From Ignicoccus pacificus DSM 13166 (GTDB lineage: Archaea; Thermoproteota; Thermoprotei_A; Sulfolobales; Ignicoccaceae), in assembly GCA_025340205.1 (NCBI GenBank), contig CP006868.1:1140001-1172000 (forward strand): a stretch of DNA of 32,000 nt, written 5' to 3'. How positions within the stretch are numbered: position 1 is the stretch's first letter; each line of letters opens with the position of its first letter. The notes under the pieces were generated by a model. It did not search any database. It was not told the DNA's origin and was given only the letters and a program-made list of their open reading frames with translations. Shown here piece by piece: positions 9,401-16,436 of this stretch. A program made the translations under genes and the position numbers.

Positions 9401-10187
9401 CACCGAGTATCAAGTAGACCGCTATGTAGCCTACGTCAGGGAAGCTCTGAGTCTGGGCGCCGAATCCTAAGGTGGCTGCCAAGCCAGCTACCGTGGAGGA
9501 GTGGCACCTCCTAGCGTCGTGGTCTATGTTGTTACTTCCGAAGAGCATTGACATTTTCCTTATGACGTAAGCTTCCTCGTTGAGTAGCTTTGCTCCTGCC
9601 ATTATCATTATCGGATACTTGTTGCCCTCGTAGAAGTAGCAACCAGCCTTGCTGTCGCACACCTTCCCGTCGTATTCATGGTAAGCCTTTACGTTACTTT
9701 CCTTCAAGAGCTCCTTCCACTTCTTGGAAATATAGGCAAAGGCTTCTTCCCAAGTTACCTCTTTCCAGACGGGCTTGAACTGCTTGAGGTAGTTATACAT
9801 CTCATCAGCGTCCTTCATCTCAATGAACTTCTTGTAGTCTGGCTTGGGATTAGTCCTTATCATGGGATTCTTTAGCCTAAGAGGGTTTTTGGACCCAAAC
9901 ATGGCTATCGAGGCTTTACCCTTTACACACAATTTCCCTCTGTTAAGAGGGTTATCGGGGTCTCCCTCTACGTCCAAGACGTCGTTGCCTTTTGTATAGA
10001 AGATCAAACCACATCCTACGCTGCACCACATGCATATGGACCTTCTCTCAACGGTCTTGCTCAGCTCCAAGGTACCTATACTTCCAAGGTCAACTTTCTC
10101 TTCAAAGGCCTCAGCCTTAGCTATAGCTGGAGCCAGAGCGGAGGCCCCCAACAACTTGAGGAACTGCCTTCGATTCGTGCCTTTCAC
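6489..10187 (-). CDS. fdnG: Tat-exported molybdopterin oxidoreductase, FdnG-like formate dehydrogenase catalytic subunit, Cys-type, unusually long (1232 aa)
   Basis: The twin-arginine signal is MKGTNRRQFLKLLGASALAPAIAKA and the N-terminal Fe-S motif is CMWCSVGC. The active-site stretch DHDARRCHSSTVAGLAATLGFGAQTQ parallels the ARV(U/C)HGP.VAGL motif of FdnG/FdhF, with Cys in place of Sec. Confidence 0.85.
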   Translation of the reverse strand: MKGTNRRQFLKLLGASALAPAIAKAEAFEEKVDLGSIGTLELSKTVERRSICMWCSVGCGLIFYTKGNDVLDVEGDPDNPLNRGKLCVKGKASIAMFGSKNPLRLKNPMIRTNPKPDYKKFIEMKDADEMYNYLKQFKPVWKEVTWEEAFAYISKKWKELLKESNVKAYHEYDGKVCDSKAGCYFYEGNKYPIMIMAGAKLLNEEAYVIRKMSMLFGSNNIDHDARRCHSSTVAGLAATLGFGAQTQSFPDVGYIAVYLILGGNPADAHPVSMKPVIESKERGTLKLVVVDPKFGRTAAKANLFAFHRPGTDVALLYYILHYAFYEKKIDQLEAFKEYIKRTNVDMEEINEFKELVKRYDANEVSKITGVPVDKLKKIAELYVNNSGVATNFKRFSSIEWAMGLTQHTTGVQNIRAAAIVQLALGNMGFPGGGLNPYRGHNNVQGTTDMCILAHVFPGYIKIPSNSKQIRAYQEWKLQGFPDAFNWKPSQSACKALGLKCSCNGNECSLEVNSKALLWSWWFMNWRRFELTMGTFVGTEPEDRPWDENSKVISDLPFFVGYNEITYVKGTLVDDVLKGILLFAENPAVSDPNAKLTWASLSKMKLVVLADVFETETAWFADVLLPGAIQYEKEGSITNSNRWLQWSDRVALPPGDAKPDLWIMVKLYERLRQDGIVRLPSEEAGKNKEEVTVIHPYTKEKIVMYERPIEPYMDYSYPSQWEDFSEVNPRIVYREIDAAVDLYNGMYDWAHMYPLAKRRVAQPRSVKEVDGLLDSGALKHPNTNTPLRLYKDWGWSWPKNVRILYNLWTLEKTFGMEDYWEFPKGKYAVGESLDGRRVRITGETGEIVDSKTGTLRPAFVPGHNFYLGKFYKRAWTVYGKQMTDLFGGVANPSELMKEGKSLGITVLINKNGYKVVKLSELGVRYPVQESVYYDPEVVEKGKALFKKPYFVGTKVVEGKKVKYVDWKEWKEYHDSFISEFSSCVGNDPNNYRPCVKKFIEKYGEWFAIGRKGVTLAYSLDYPMHFEPAESPSLELAKKYPQIAWRKPFNKMFIFPPKVLPQLGAEIALTLGELERQMPKDAKPIVLTTNRLEEHWHTGALSRNNPYLAELVPEPFAHIPEPLAKELGIKSGDVVEIGSARAKIYVRAMVTHRMPKLDIAGETVYNVNIPWPFGYAGSHRTPSVANLLTPEVGDIITSIQESKVFLGWIRKAPKDKYVFEREAELPNIREEGWL

Positions 10188-10408
10188 CGCTATATCTACG
10201 AAGAGGTGGATAATGTTGTCGTTGATGTAATTAACTCTGGCAAACTATTTGAAGAAACTCAGGAAACTTTCCATTTGATCAATTTAGTTACAAAACTTAT
10301 AAAAAGTATTTACCAACCGCACAGTAATCGTAGTAGTGGAAGGAAGAAATGACATTAAAAGCTAGAATTCTTATTCTCCAATAGGTCAATGTTTCTCTAA
10401 AGAACATA

Positions 10409-10957
10409 CTAGGCCTTGCACAGAGGGTTCCTCTCATCGCATTCCACTCCCATCCTCCTCAGCAAGTCCAACCCTATCACCGCCAAGAGACCTAGCGTGG
10501 GGAGGAAGTCCCTCGTGGAGAGGGCCTCGAGCGCGCTCCTGACCTCCTCTCCCGGCAAGTGGAAAAGAAGAGGATAGAACGCTATGACCTCCTCCGGGAG
10601 GGGCACGAAGGAGAAGGACCACTCTAAAAGACCAGAAGCTTGTTGCTTGAACACGCAGCACATGTCATCCAGGGAAGGGCTATCGGGCAACTTGCTCACG
10701 AAACTAGAGTACTTCTTCATGAACTCCTCGTCTTGCTTTATTCTCTTGAAGTTTTCCTTATAAACAAGCTTTATCATCTCCTTTTTCATCTGGACGTGCT
10801 CGGGCCTAGAGTTGAGCTCGCTCATAATTTCTTCGAGCCTTTCAGTTACCTTGACCAACTCTTCCCCTTTGTTGGAGAGGAACCTCTTGTGCGAGTTAAC
10901 AACGCTTCTGTATATGTTCATTAGAATAAGGTTGTAGGCCTTCTTGACGTAATCCAA
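10409..10957 (-). CDS. hypothetical all-helical protein
   Basis: A 182-aa ORF with reasonable coding composition. No motif was recognised, and a TorD-like chaperone role is speculation only. Confidence 0.45.
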   Translation of the reverse strand: MDYVKKAYNLILMNIYRSVVNSHKRFLSNKGEELVKVTERLEEIMSELNSRPEHVQMKKEMIKLVYKENFKRIKQDEEFMKKYSSFVSKLPDSPSLDDMCCVFKQQASGLLEWSFSFVPLPEEVIAFYPLLFHLPGEEVRSALEALSTRDFLPTLGLLAVIGLDLLRRMGVECDERNPLCKA

Positions 10958-11067
10958 TCTCCTTACCTTCTGCTTTGATGGTAGTGAGCTCTTAAGAGGC
11001 GTTAAGCCTTGTGATCGATGACGTTCAAGTCTAAAGAGCTAATCCGGATGGGATACCTGGGAACAAG

Positions 11068-12294
11068 ATGTCAACTATCTTGAAGATAGACCGCTTTGGA
11101 CCGATAGAGAACCTCGAGCTTGAGATAAGTAGGGGAACGTATGTGACTATCGGTCTCCCTAACAAGGGGAAAAGCTATTTGATGAAGCTATTGTTTTTGA
11201 TAACTAGGCTGCATCAATCCCCTGTCTTAGGGGGACCCGAGGACCCTGAGGGGGCCTTCAAATTCATGTTTAAGGAGCTGTACGGCGAAGAAGGAGTAAA
11301 ACTGTTCAACGCCTCGAAGTTTGAAATATACGGATACCTTTATAACTTAACATTTGAGGAAGGTCGAGTCGAAATAGAAGAGAAAGAAGTAGATCTCGTT
11401 CCAAGCTCATGTGAAGCTGGATCTCGGACTGAGGTGAACTTAACAGAAGCCTCGTTGGACGTTCTCTCTACTAGTAACTTAATTGCCGTGATGCCCCCTA
11501 GGAACGAGAAGGAAAGGTTAGCCCTCTTGGTGGGCGGCCTGATCGTCGGCACAAGCTACTGTGAGGTGGAGATGACCGTTCCTATATTCACCGGAAGGGG
11601 ATTCTCTAGAATGAAGGAGAAGGTTGACGTGGCACTCTTGCCCTTCAGCGTCTTCTTACCGCACGGTAGGTCCTTCGTAATAGAGCACTATTCCCTATCT
11701 CAAGAATATCCCATGGAGTTCTCCGGATACTTAAAGCTCTATCAGAGTATGAGGTATAGGTTAACCGTTTATCCTTGGCTAAAGGCGCTTGAACTGAACA
11801 AGGACAGACTTAGTGAAACACAGATAGTGAATAAGGTAATGAAAGAAGTGACCGGTGGATATGTTGAGGTTAAAAACGGCAAGCTTCTCTTCAAGGGAGT
11901 TAACTCTACCGTAATGGTCCACTCATCTGCGGACGCCGTCAAAGAACTAGTGGCTCTAGCTTCATCCGAGATCCTAGCTTCTTCTAATCCCTTCTCATAT
12001 CTGTTTATAGAGGAACCGGAGAACCAGCTGCATCCACGAGCTCAAGCGATCTTGGCTAAGACCCTCCCAAATATTGCAGAGGTGTTAATGTTTACTACTC
12101 ATAGCCCCTTTATGATAATAGGATCCTGTCTTAATAGTAAGAGAAGAGTCAGGTTTGTGTACCTAGGCAAAGAAGCAACGGTCCTAAGCTGTAAGGAAAT
12201 AATGAACGAGATTCCCGAGATCACAGAAGTTAGTCTTGAACAGCTAGAGGAGGTAGATAAGAATTGGAATATCATTACAAGCAAGGAAAATTAA
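11068..12294 (+). CDS. ABC-type / OLD-family-like (AAA_15/AAA_21-type) ATPase
   Basis: The N-terminus IDRFGPIENLELEI...IGLPNKGKSYLMKLL carries Walker A. The C-terminal YLFIEEPENQLHPRAQAILAKTL carries Walker B and the D-loop, and FTTHSPFMI is the H-loop. This is the hallmark arrangement of SMC/ABC-like ATPases found in defence systems. Confidence 0.75.
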   Translation: MSTILKIDRFGPIENLELEISRGTYVTIGLPNKGKSYLMKLLFLITRLHQSPVLGGPEDPEGAFKFMFKELYGEEGVKLFNASKFEIYGYLYNLTFEEGRVEIEEKEVDLVPSSCEAGSRTEVNLTEASLDVLSTSNLIAVMPPRNEKERLALLVGGLIVGTSYCEVEMTVPIFTGRGFSRMKEKVDVALLPFSVFLPHGRSFVIEHYSLSQEYPMEFSGYLKLYQSMRYRLTVYPWLKALELNKDRLSETQIVNKVMKEVTGGYVEVKNGKLLFKGVNSTVMVHSSADAVKELVALASSEILASSNPFSYLFIEEPENQLHPRAQAILAKTLPNIAEVLMFTTHSPFMIIGSCLNSKRRVRFVYLGKEATVLSCKEIMNEIPEITEVSLEQLEEVDKNWNIITSKEN

Positions 12295-12701
12295 ATGTTA
12301 AGTGCGATAATAACGAATTCAAAATATTGTCTGATGGTAGCTTGCTTATGGCCTATCACGTGGAGAAGTATTTTTACAAAGGCGGATCTCCTAGGTGCGA
12401 TTGTTTCTTCATTTTCTCATATAATGGTCGAAAGTTCCTATGTATAGCAATAGAGGCCGGCTCTCATGATCCCGAAGAAGTTAGTGAGAAATTCAAGTCC
12501 TTTGAGGGTTTCTTTAAAGGATGTATCTGCTCATGCGTAAACGGACCCCTTTCCTTAGTCAAGGCATTTGCCCCTTCAAGCGCTCTGGTTAATCTTCTGC
12601 AAACTAGACCGTCACTGTACACAGAGTACAAGAGAAAAAGGTATTGTCGTGTTTTTGAGAGAACTGAGAGTAAAGATAGAGGGCAAGAAAGTAAACGTTA
12701 G
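12264..12701 (+). CDS. small partner protein of the ATPase, unknown fold; possibly frameshifted and continuing to 12768
   Basis: It overlaps the ATPase 3' end by 31 nt (TTG start; the next ATG is at 12348). It contains RCDCFFIFSYNGRKFLCIAIEAGSHD. The +1-frame ORF 12568-12768 encodes a plausible beta-rich tail (GIVVFLRELRVKIEGKKVNVSVPIGNKVVDRTYNF), joinable at the A5 run near 12640. Confidence 0.4.
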   Translation: MEYHYKQGKLNVKCDNNEFKILSDGSLLMAYHVEKYFYKGGSPRCDCFFIFSYNGRKFLCIAIEAGSHDPEEVSEKFKSFEGFFKGCICSCVNGPLSLVKAFAPSSALVNLLQTRPSLYTEYKRKRYCRVFERTESKDRGQESKR

Positions 12702-12850
12702 CGTACCCATAGGAAACAAAGTGGTGGATCGGACGTACAACTTTAGGAACTTCTGCAAAAAGGCTTGAAGACTACTCTTAACCTCCTTCCTTTAAAAGTA
12801 CGTGTAAAGCCAGAAATTCGTTTGCTTGGTAGGCTGTTGTTTTGACCATC

Positions 12851-12857
12851 TTTAAAA
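12851..12857 (+). promoter_or_regulatory. TATA-like box TTTAAAA about 26 nt upstream of the ATG at 12880 (leaderless-type promoter)
   Basis: Both the sequence and the spacing fit an archaeal TATA-to-TSS distance. Confidence 0.4.
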
Positions 12858-12879
12858 GAACTGTTCAGAGAGTGAGAGC

Positions 12880-13206
12880 ATGAAGATGCAAAGGTTAGCA
12901 CAGATGGCAGAGGAGTACTGCGAGGAGTTCATCAAGACAAAGAAGGAGCGGGAGGAAGGAAAGGAGAAGATATACGCTGTAGAGAGATTAGCTCAGTTCC
13001 TAGCTCAAGCGCTGCTTGACTTTGCAGACATCTTAGCCACTCAAAAGCAAGGAAGGAAGTCGGAAAGTCATAAGGAATTAGCTAAGTTCCTAATATCCAA
13101 AATAGGTCATGAGGAGTTCTTGCTGGACTTAGCTGGGTTCAGAAACGTATTGATTCGCATGTACGTTGAACTGATGATGAACTGGAGAGGGAGATGGGTG
13201 AGGTGA
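12880..13206 (+). pseudogene. HEPN (DUF86/HepT-like) toxin gene, probably inactivated
   Basis: YAVERLAQFLAQALLDFADI ... LAGFRNVLIRMYVEL matches the DUF86 layout. The R-x4-H catalytic His is Arg here (CGC), and the tail (MMNWRGRWVR) appears out of frame relative to the expected ..DDEL.. continuation. Confidence 0.5.
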
Positions 13207-13522
13207 TAAGGAAGATGAAGGAGCTAGCTAGGGATGATCCATGCATCGATGAGGTAAAAGAGATAGTGAGGAAGGTTGTTAAGGAGTGGAAACTGAGGTG
13301 CATAGCCCTGATAGGCTCGCTAGCTAGGGAAGGACCGTGACAAAGACGTTGACTTAGTAATAAAGTTCGGGAGGGGGCGAAGTTGTTAGAGCTGGAGAGG
13401 CTTCAAGCGGAGTTAGAGGATGCTATCGGAAGCAAGGTAGATCTCTAGTGGTAATTGATTACGATGTGAATCCCATAATGGCGAAGACTATAGTCGATGA
13501 GGCCTTGCTGAATATATGGTGA
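13194..13522 (+). pseudogene. MNT-type nucleotidyltransferase antitoxin gene with at least three frame disruptions
   Basis: The pieces MGEVIRKMKELARDD...CIALIGSLAREGP*, DKDVDLVIKFGRG, GAKLLELERLQAELEDAIGSKVDL* and VVIDYDVNPIMAKTIVDEALLNIW* lie in three different frames. The GS..G and D.D nucleotidyltransferase motifs are present. Confidence 0.6.
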
Positions 13523-13730
13523 TAAAGAGAAGTTCGAGAGGGATCTGTCGATCTTGTACAAGAAGATCTTGGATGAGTACCGCTTAGCGCTGGGTAACGT
13601 AAGAAGCTTACCTCGAATGAATCATTAGGATCATTGTTCCTCCGGTGCCGACGTTTCGTAGTTGAGGTCATCGAGCGCTCTAAGAGTGTGTAGCAATAAC
13701 TTTTGCGGACGTGCTCCAGCATTAACGCAA
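13516..13730 (+). pseudogene. second HEPN (DUF86-like) gene remnant, frameshifted and 3'-truncated
   Basis: The ATG at 13516 overlaps the MNT stop (ATGGTGA), as in intact MNT-HEPN pairs. The DUF86-like pieces DKEKFERDLSILYKKILDEY..., ESLGSLFLRCRRFVVEVIERSK and AITFADVLQH are in different frames, and no RN..H motif remains. Coordinates are approximate. Confidence 0.45.
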
Positions 13731-13750
13731 GTACTACCTTGAATTAGTCT

Positions 13751-13990
13751 TCATAAGTCAACATACACTCTCCCTTGGCCTTATTATGTAGATAATCATC
13801 TTACTCTTTTCGTATTAGAAGAGGACTCTAATCTTTCCAACCCTCAAGTGGTAGTGATTCCTCTTCTCAGCCAGATCTCTCTATGCTAAGCCTCACGAAA
13901 GGGAAGTCCTCAAGTTGCTCTAACGCTTGTAGAATCCTTCTCCCTAGTAAGTGAATCTAAGGACTTCAGTTACTTCGAGGTCTTCCTAGT
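13751..13990 (-). pseudogene. RelE/ParE-family toxin gene remnant
   Basis: Minus-strand pieces RRILQALEQLEDFPF and RNHYHLRVGKIRVLF*YEKSKMIIYIIRPRESVYVDL* are interrupted by stops and frame changes. Coordinates are approximate. Confidence 0.5.
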
Positions 13991-14340
13991 TAGAGTTACC
14001 GAGCTCACGCTCGACATCCTCCGAGGCGACTAGCTCCAAGTTCTCCTTCTCTTTTTCGGACTCTTCAATTGCTTCCAGCTGGTCCAGAAGAGGTTCAAAC
14101 CTCGAAGAGACACTTCTCCAAGAGCCTCTTGATCTCCCGAAGCTCATCTTGGGTTAGCGATCCGAGTTCCCACACTAGGAAGTGTGCTGGAGTCCAAAAG
14201 CTCTCTGAAAACAACTTACTCGCTTTTCAGGTTGAGTTGATTTCCAGCAGCTCCGCACTCCCGAGCCAGTTGCTTCAGGGAAAGCGGGTTCCCGGCGTTT
14301 GGGCCCCCGCTCGTAAGCTGGGAGGAAATTGGGAGGAGGT
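13986..14340 (-). pseudogene. antitoxin gene remnant (HTH-like N-terminus plus acidic C-terminus) upstream of the RelE remnant
   Basis: Minus-strand pieces NPLSLKQLARECG..., LTQDELREIKRLLEK and FEPLLDQLEAIEESEKEKENLELVASEDVERELGNSN* lie in different frames. Coordinates are approximate. Confidence 0.4.
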
Positions 14341-14427
14341 TTGTTAAAATAAGTGGCTCAGCTACTCTCAATAGTGCTTGAGGAACGTTAAAGTGCTCAG
14401 AGTAGCAGAAAGATCTGGTAATGAAAG

Positions 14428-15504
14428 ATGAGGAAGGTGGCGATCTTACTACTCTTGTTACTCGCTTCGAAGTCGTTCGCTTTTTTGCTGTCGCGTCACT
14501 TGTGGACTTATAAGACTGGAAGCATAGTTGAAGGGCTGACGTTTTCCGATGATGGAAAACTTGGAGTGGTGTCGTATGATCATTGTATTTACATCCTTGA
14601 TCAAAAGGGGAACTTAATCATAAAGAAGTGTGGAAACAATGCCATGCTTGGCGCATCCTATTGCTGTGACAAGTTCGGATTTGTTAATGAAGATGGTAAC
14701 GCCTACATCTATGATCTCAAGAACGGAACTTGGAAGAAGGTATATGTGGGTTCTGATCACGCTCAAACGATCACAATGCTTCAAGATGGCTTCTTGGCTG
14801 GTAGTTTCAATGATAAGCTCGCCTACTTCACCTTTGATGGATTCAAAGGATGGGATGTGGAGGTAGATATCAGTGGAGCACCCACAGTCTACGGTGAGTA
14901 CGTCTACGTTCCAGGGTATTCTACACCTTCCTATTGTACTTATTGTAAGGGGGCATTGATTATTCTTAACATATCAAGTGGCGAGAGAGTTAGAATTATC
15001 ACATTCTCTGAAAATGTCAATAGTGCCCAAGTCTGTGACCATTACTTAGCTTTGGGAACCGCTCACCACGTTTATCTTTATAATATAAGCAATCCACTAA
15101 GTCCAAAGCTGTTGTGGAGCGTTGGGGGAATTGCAAGCAGTTGCACCTGGGACGTTTGTGGTGGAGCTATCGATATTGCCTTCTCGCCAGATTGCAAGTA
15201 CATACTGAGCGCCGATAATAATGATCACAAAATTCATATCTTTGACATTAAAGGAAACCAAGTGTTAGAGAGGAAGTTTGAGAGTCATGTTTGGTCAGTT
15301 GCTTGGTGGAGGGATAGGATAGCTATCGGATTATACAATGGTAAAGTTTACGTACTCAAGATTAAAGGATATATCCCATCCATCGCTACGGCTTGTCCTT
15401 GTACCACAACAGTTACCACCACGACCACGTTAACTACTACTGTAACGAAGACGATAACCAGAACGACTACGATTACTTATACTATCGCGATAACACAGAA
15501 GTAA
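14428..15504 (+). CDS. secreted beta-propeller (PQQ/WD40-like repeat) protein with C-terminal Thr-rich tract
   Basis: The signal peptide is MRKVAILLLLLLASKSFA. Repeat blades are seen at YILDQKGNLI, YIYDLKNGTW and HIFDIKGNQVL. The C-terminus is TTTVTTTTTLTTTVTKTITRTTTITYTIAI. Confidence 0.6.
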   Translation: MRKVAILLLLLLASKSFAFLLSRHLWTYKTGSIVEGLTFSDDGKLGVVSYDHCIYILDQKGNLIIKKCGNNAMLGASYCCDKFGFVNEDGNAYIYDLKNGTWKKVYVGSDHAQTITMLQDGFLAGSFNDKLAYFTFDGFKGWDVEVDISGAPTVYGEYVYVPGYSTPSYCTYCKGALIILNISSGERVRIITFSENVNSAQVCDHYLALGTAHHVYLYNISNPLSPKLLWSVGGIASSCTWDVCGGAIDIAFSPDCKYILSADNNDHKIHIFDIKGNQVLERKFESHVWSVAWWRDRIAIGLYNGKVYVLKIKGYIPSIATACPCTTTVTTTTTLTTTVTKTITRTTTITYTIAITQK

Positions 15505-15600
15505 ACCAAGTACCTACAATTATTCCCATAACTAACTAACTAACATAGCTTTCTGGTAAACTTTGATATAGAGCGGCCTAAACTTCATTTTAACGAAATG

Positions 15601-15608
15601 CTTGTGGA
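15601..15608. repeat. 8-bp target-site duplication CTTGTGGA (left copy) of IS copy A
   Basis: An identical octamer lies at 16393-16400, immediately outside the other IS end. Confidence 0.7.
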
Positions 15609-15689
15609 GGGACTGTCAACTCTTCGATATCGATCCATTTCATTAAAACTAATTACTCCTTTTGATAATACTAAATTGGAATTGTAATA

Positions 15690-16112
15690 ATGCCGCCAAA
15701 GGGACCAATGAAGCCAAAAGAAGTGATTAATGCATCAATATTGTTCTACATCTTAGGCCTATCCCTAAGGAAATCCTCGATAGCTATAAAGGAAATATTC
15801 AAGCTAAGGATATCTCATGAAACTATTAGGAAATATGTCAGGAAGTTCGGATTCAAGATGAGGAGATTAAATGAGAATCACTTCTCAAATGAAGTTCACC
15901 TAGATGATACAATGATAAAGTTAAATAGCTATTACGTTTACCTTTTTGTAGCTTTTGATGAAGCTAATAGAAATTATGCGCTAGTCTATTTAAGCAAAAG
16001 GAAGAGCTCTAAAGCGGTGAAGAGAGTAATTAAGAAGCTTAGGAGGTTAGGAATTAGGAGAATAATTACCGATGGTGCTAAGCAATACAACGTGATAAAG
16101 AACTGGGCTTGA
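15690..16112 (+). CDS. IS6-family DDE transposase, N-terminal part (HTH + first two catalytic Asp)
   Basis: HLDDTMIKL and YLFVAFDEANRNY carry the two Asp residues, followed by ITDGAKQY. The ORF ends at a TGA at 16110-16112. Confidence 0.7.
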   Translation: MPPKGPMKPKEVINASILFYILGLSLRKSSIAIKEIFKLRISHETIRKYVRKFGFKMRRLNENHFSNEVHLDDTMIKLNSYYVYLFVAFDEANRNYALVYLSKRKSSKAVKRVIKKLRRLGIRRIITDGAKQYNVIKNWA

Positions 16113-16369
16113 AACATCATGTAATCAAAGGCATAAAGAAGAGGGATTCTATTGAAGGAGCTATTGGGTACGTCATTAGAAGTATGATGAAATTTAATGT
16201 GAGCTTCTCAAACGTAATTTACTTGTTGTCTCCGATGTTAATAATAGAAGCAATAGCTTATGCGAGAAATTTCATCTTTAATGAGCTGGGAATAAATCAT
16301 AGGACGTACAATAAGTACGAGGGAAGTATAATGAGTATGATAAACTCAATAATTAATGGTACGGTATAG
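16109..16369 (+). CDS. IS6-family DDE transposase, C-terminal part (-1 frame)
   Basis: LKHHVIKGIKKRDSIEGAIGYVIRSM carries the catalytic Glu region. It overlaps the upstream part by 4 nt in the -1 frame. Confidence 0.65.
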   Translation: MKHHVIKGIKKRDSIEGAIGYVIRSMMKFNVSFSNVIYLLSPMLIIEAIAYARNFIFNELGINHRTYNKYEGSIMSMINSIINGTV

Positions 16370-16392
16370 TACCATCAAGAATTGACAGTCCC

Positions 16393-16400
16393 CTTGTGGA
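16393..16400. repeat. 8-bp target-site duplication CTTGTGGA (right copy) of IS copy A
   Basis: It matches 15601-15608. Confidence 0.7.
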
Positions 16401-16436
16401 GGAGCTATTATACAGCATAATATTATGTAAGAGGGG

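Larger units (their letters stand above)
15609..16392 (+). mobile_element. IS6-family insertion sequence, copy A (784 bp)
   Basis: The terminal inverted repeats are GGGACTGTCAACTCTTCGAT and GGGACTGTCAATTCTTGATGG (reverse complement of the right end), similar to IS26-type GGCACTGTTGCAAA ends. It has an 8-bp TSD and a DDE transposase of about 226 aa in two frames. No mismatch with copy B was seen in the stretches compared. Confidence 0.8.

Noticed and set aside
6489-10187. Possible selenocysteine (in-frame TGA) in the formate dehydrogenase.
   Set aside because: The ORF is uninterrupted, and the position equivalent to Sec/Cys reads TGC (Cys) in ARRCHSS. No recoding is needed.
6903-10230. Numerous 60-143-aa ORFs on both strands inside the formate dehydrogenase alpha gene (e.g. 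7119-7436 +, 7938-8237 +, 8560-8991 -, 8952-9194 +).
   Set aside because: They lie entirely within a 3.7-kb ORF that has strong domain evidence. Their translations are low-complexity and rich in Arg, Ser, Leu and Pro, typical of off-frame or antisense reading of GAG/AAG/CTC-rich coding DNA.
10188-10408. The AT-rich 221-bp spacer upstream of the fdh operon as a possible small RNA (C/D box) or riboswitch.
   Set aside because: I found no convincing C (RUGAUGA) and D (CUGA) box pairs or conserved structure. It more likely holds only the terminator and promoter; a TATA-like TTTTTATAA lies on the minus strand at about 10298-10306.
14069-14347. A 92-aa plus-strand ORF.
   Set aside because: It is antisense to the HTH-antitoxin remnant. 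The sequence is Ser/Leu-rich, and there is no start context or motif.
15400-15485. An apparent tandem DNA repeat (ACN-rich).
   Set aside because: It is the coding sequence of the Thr-rich stalk of the beta-propeller protein. It is an imperfect, codon-level repeat and not a structured tandem array.
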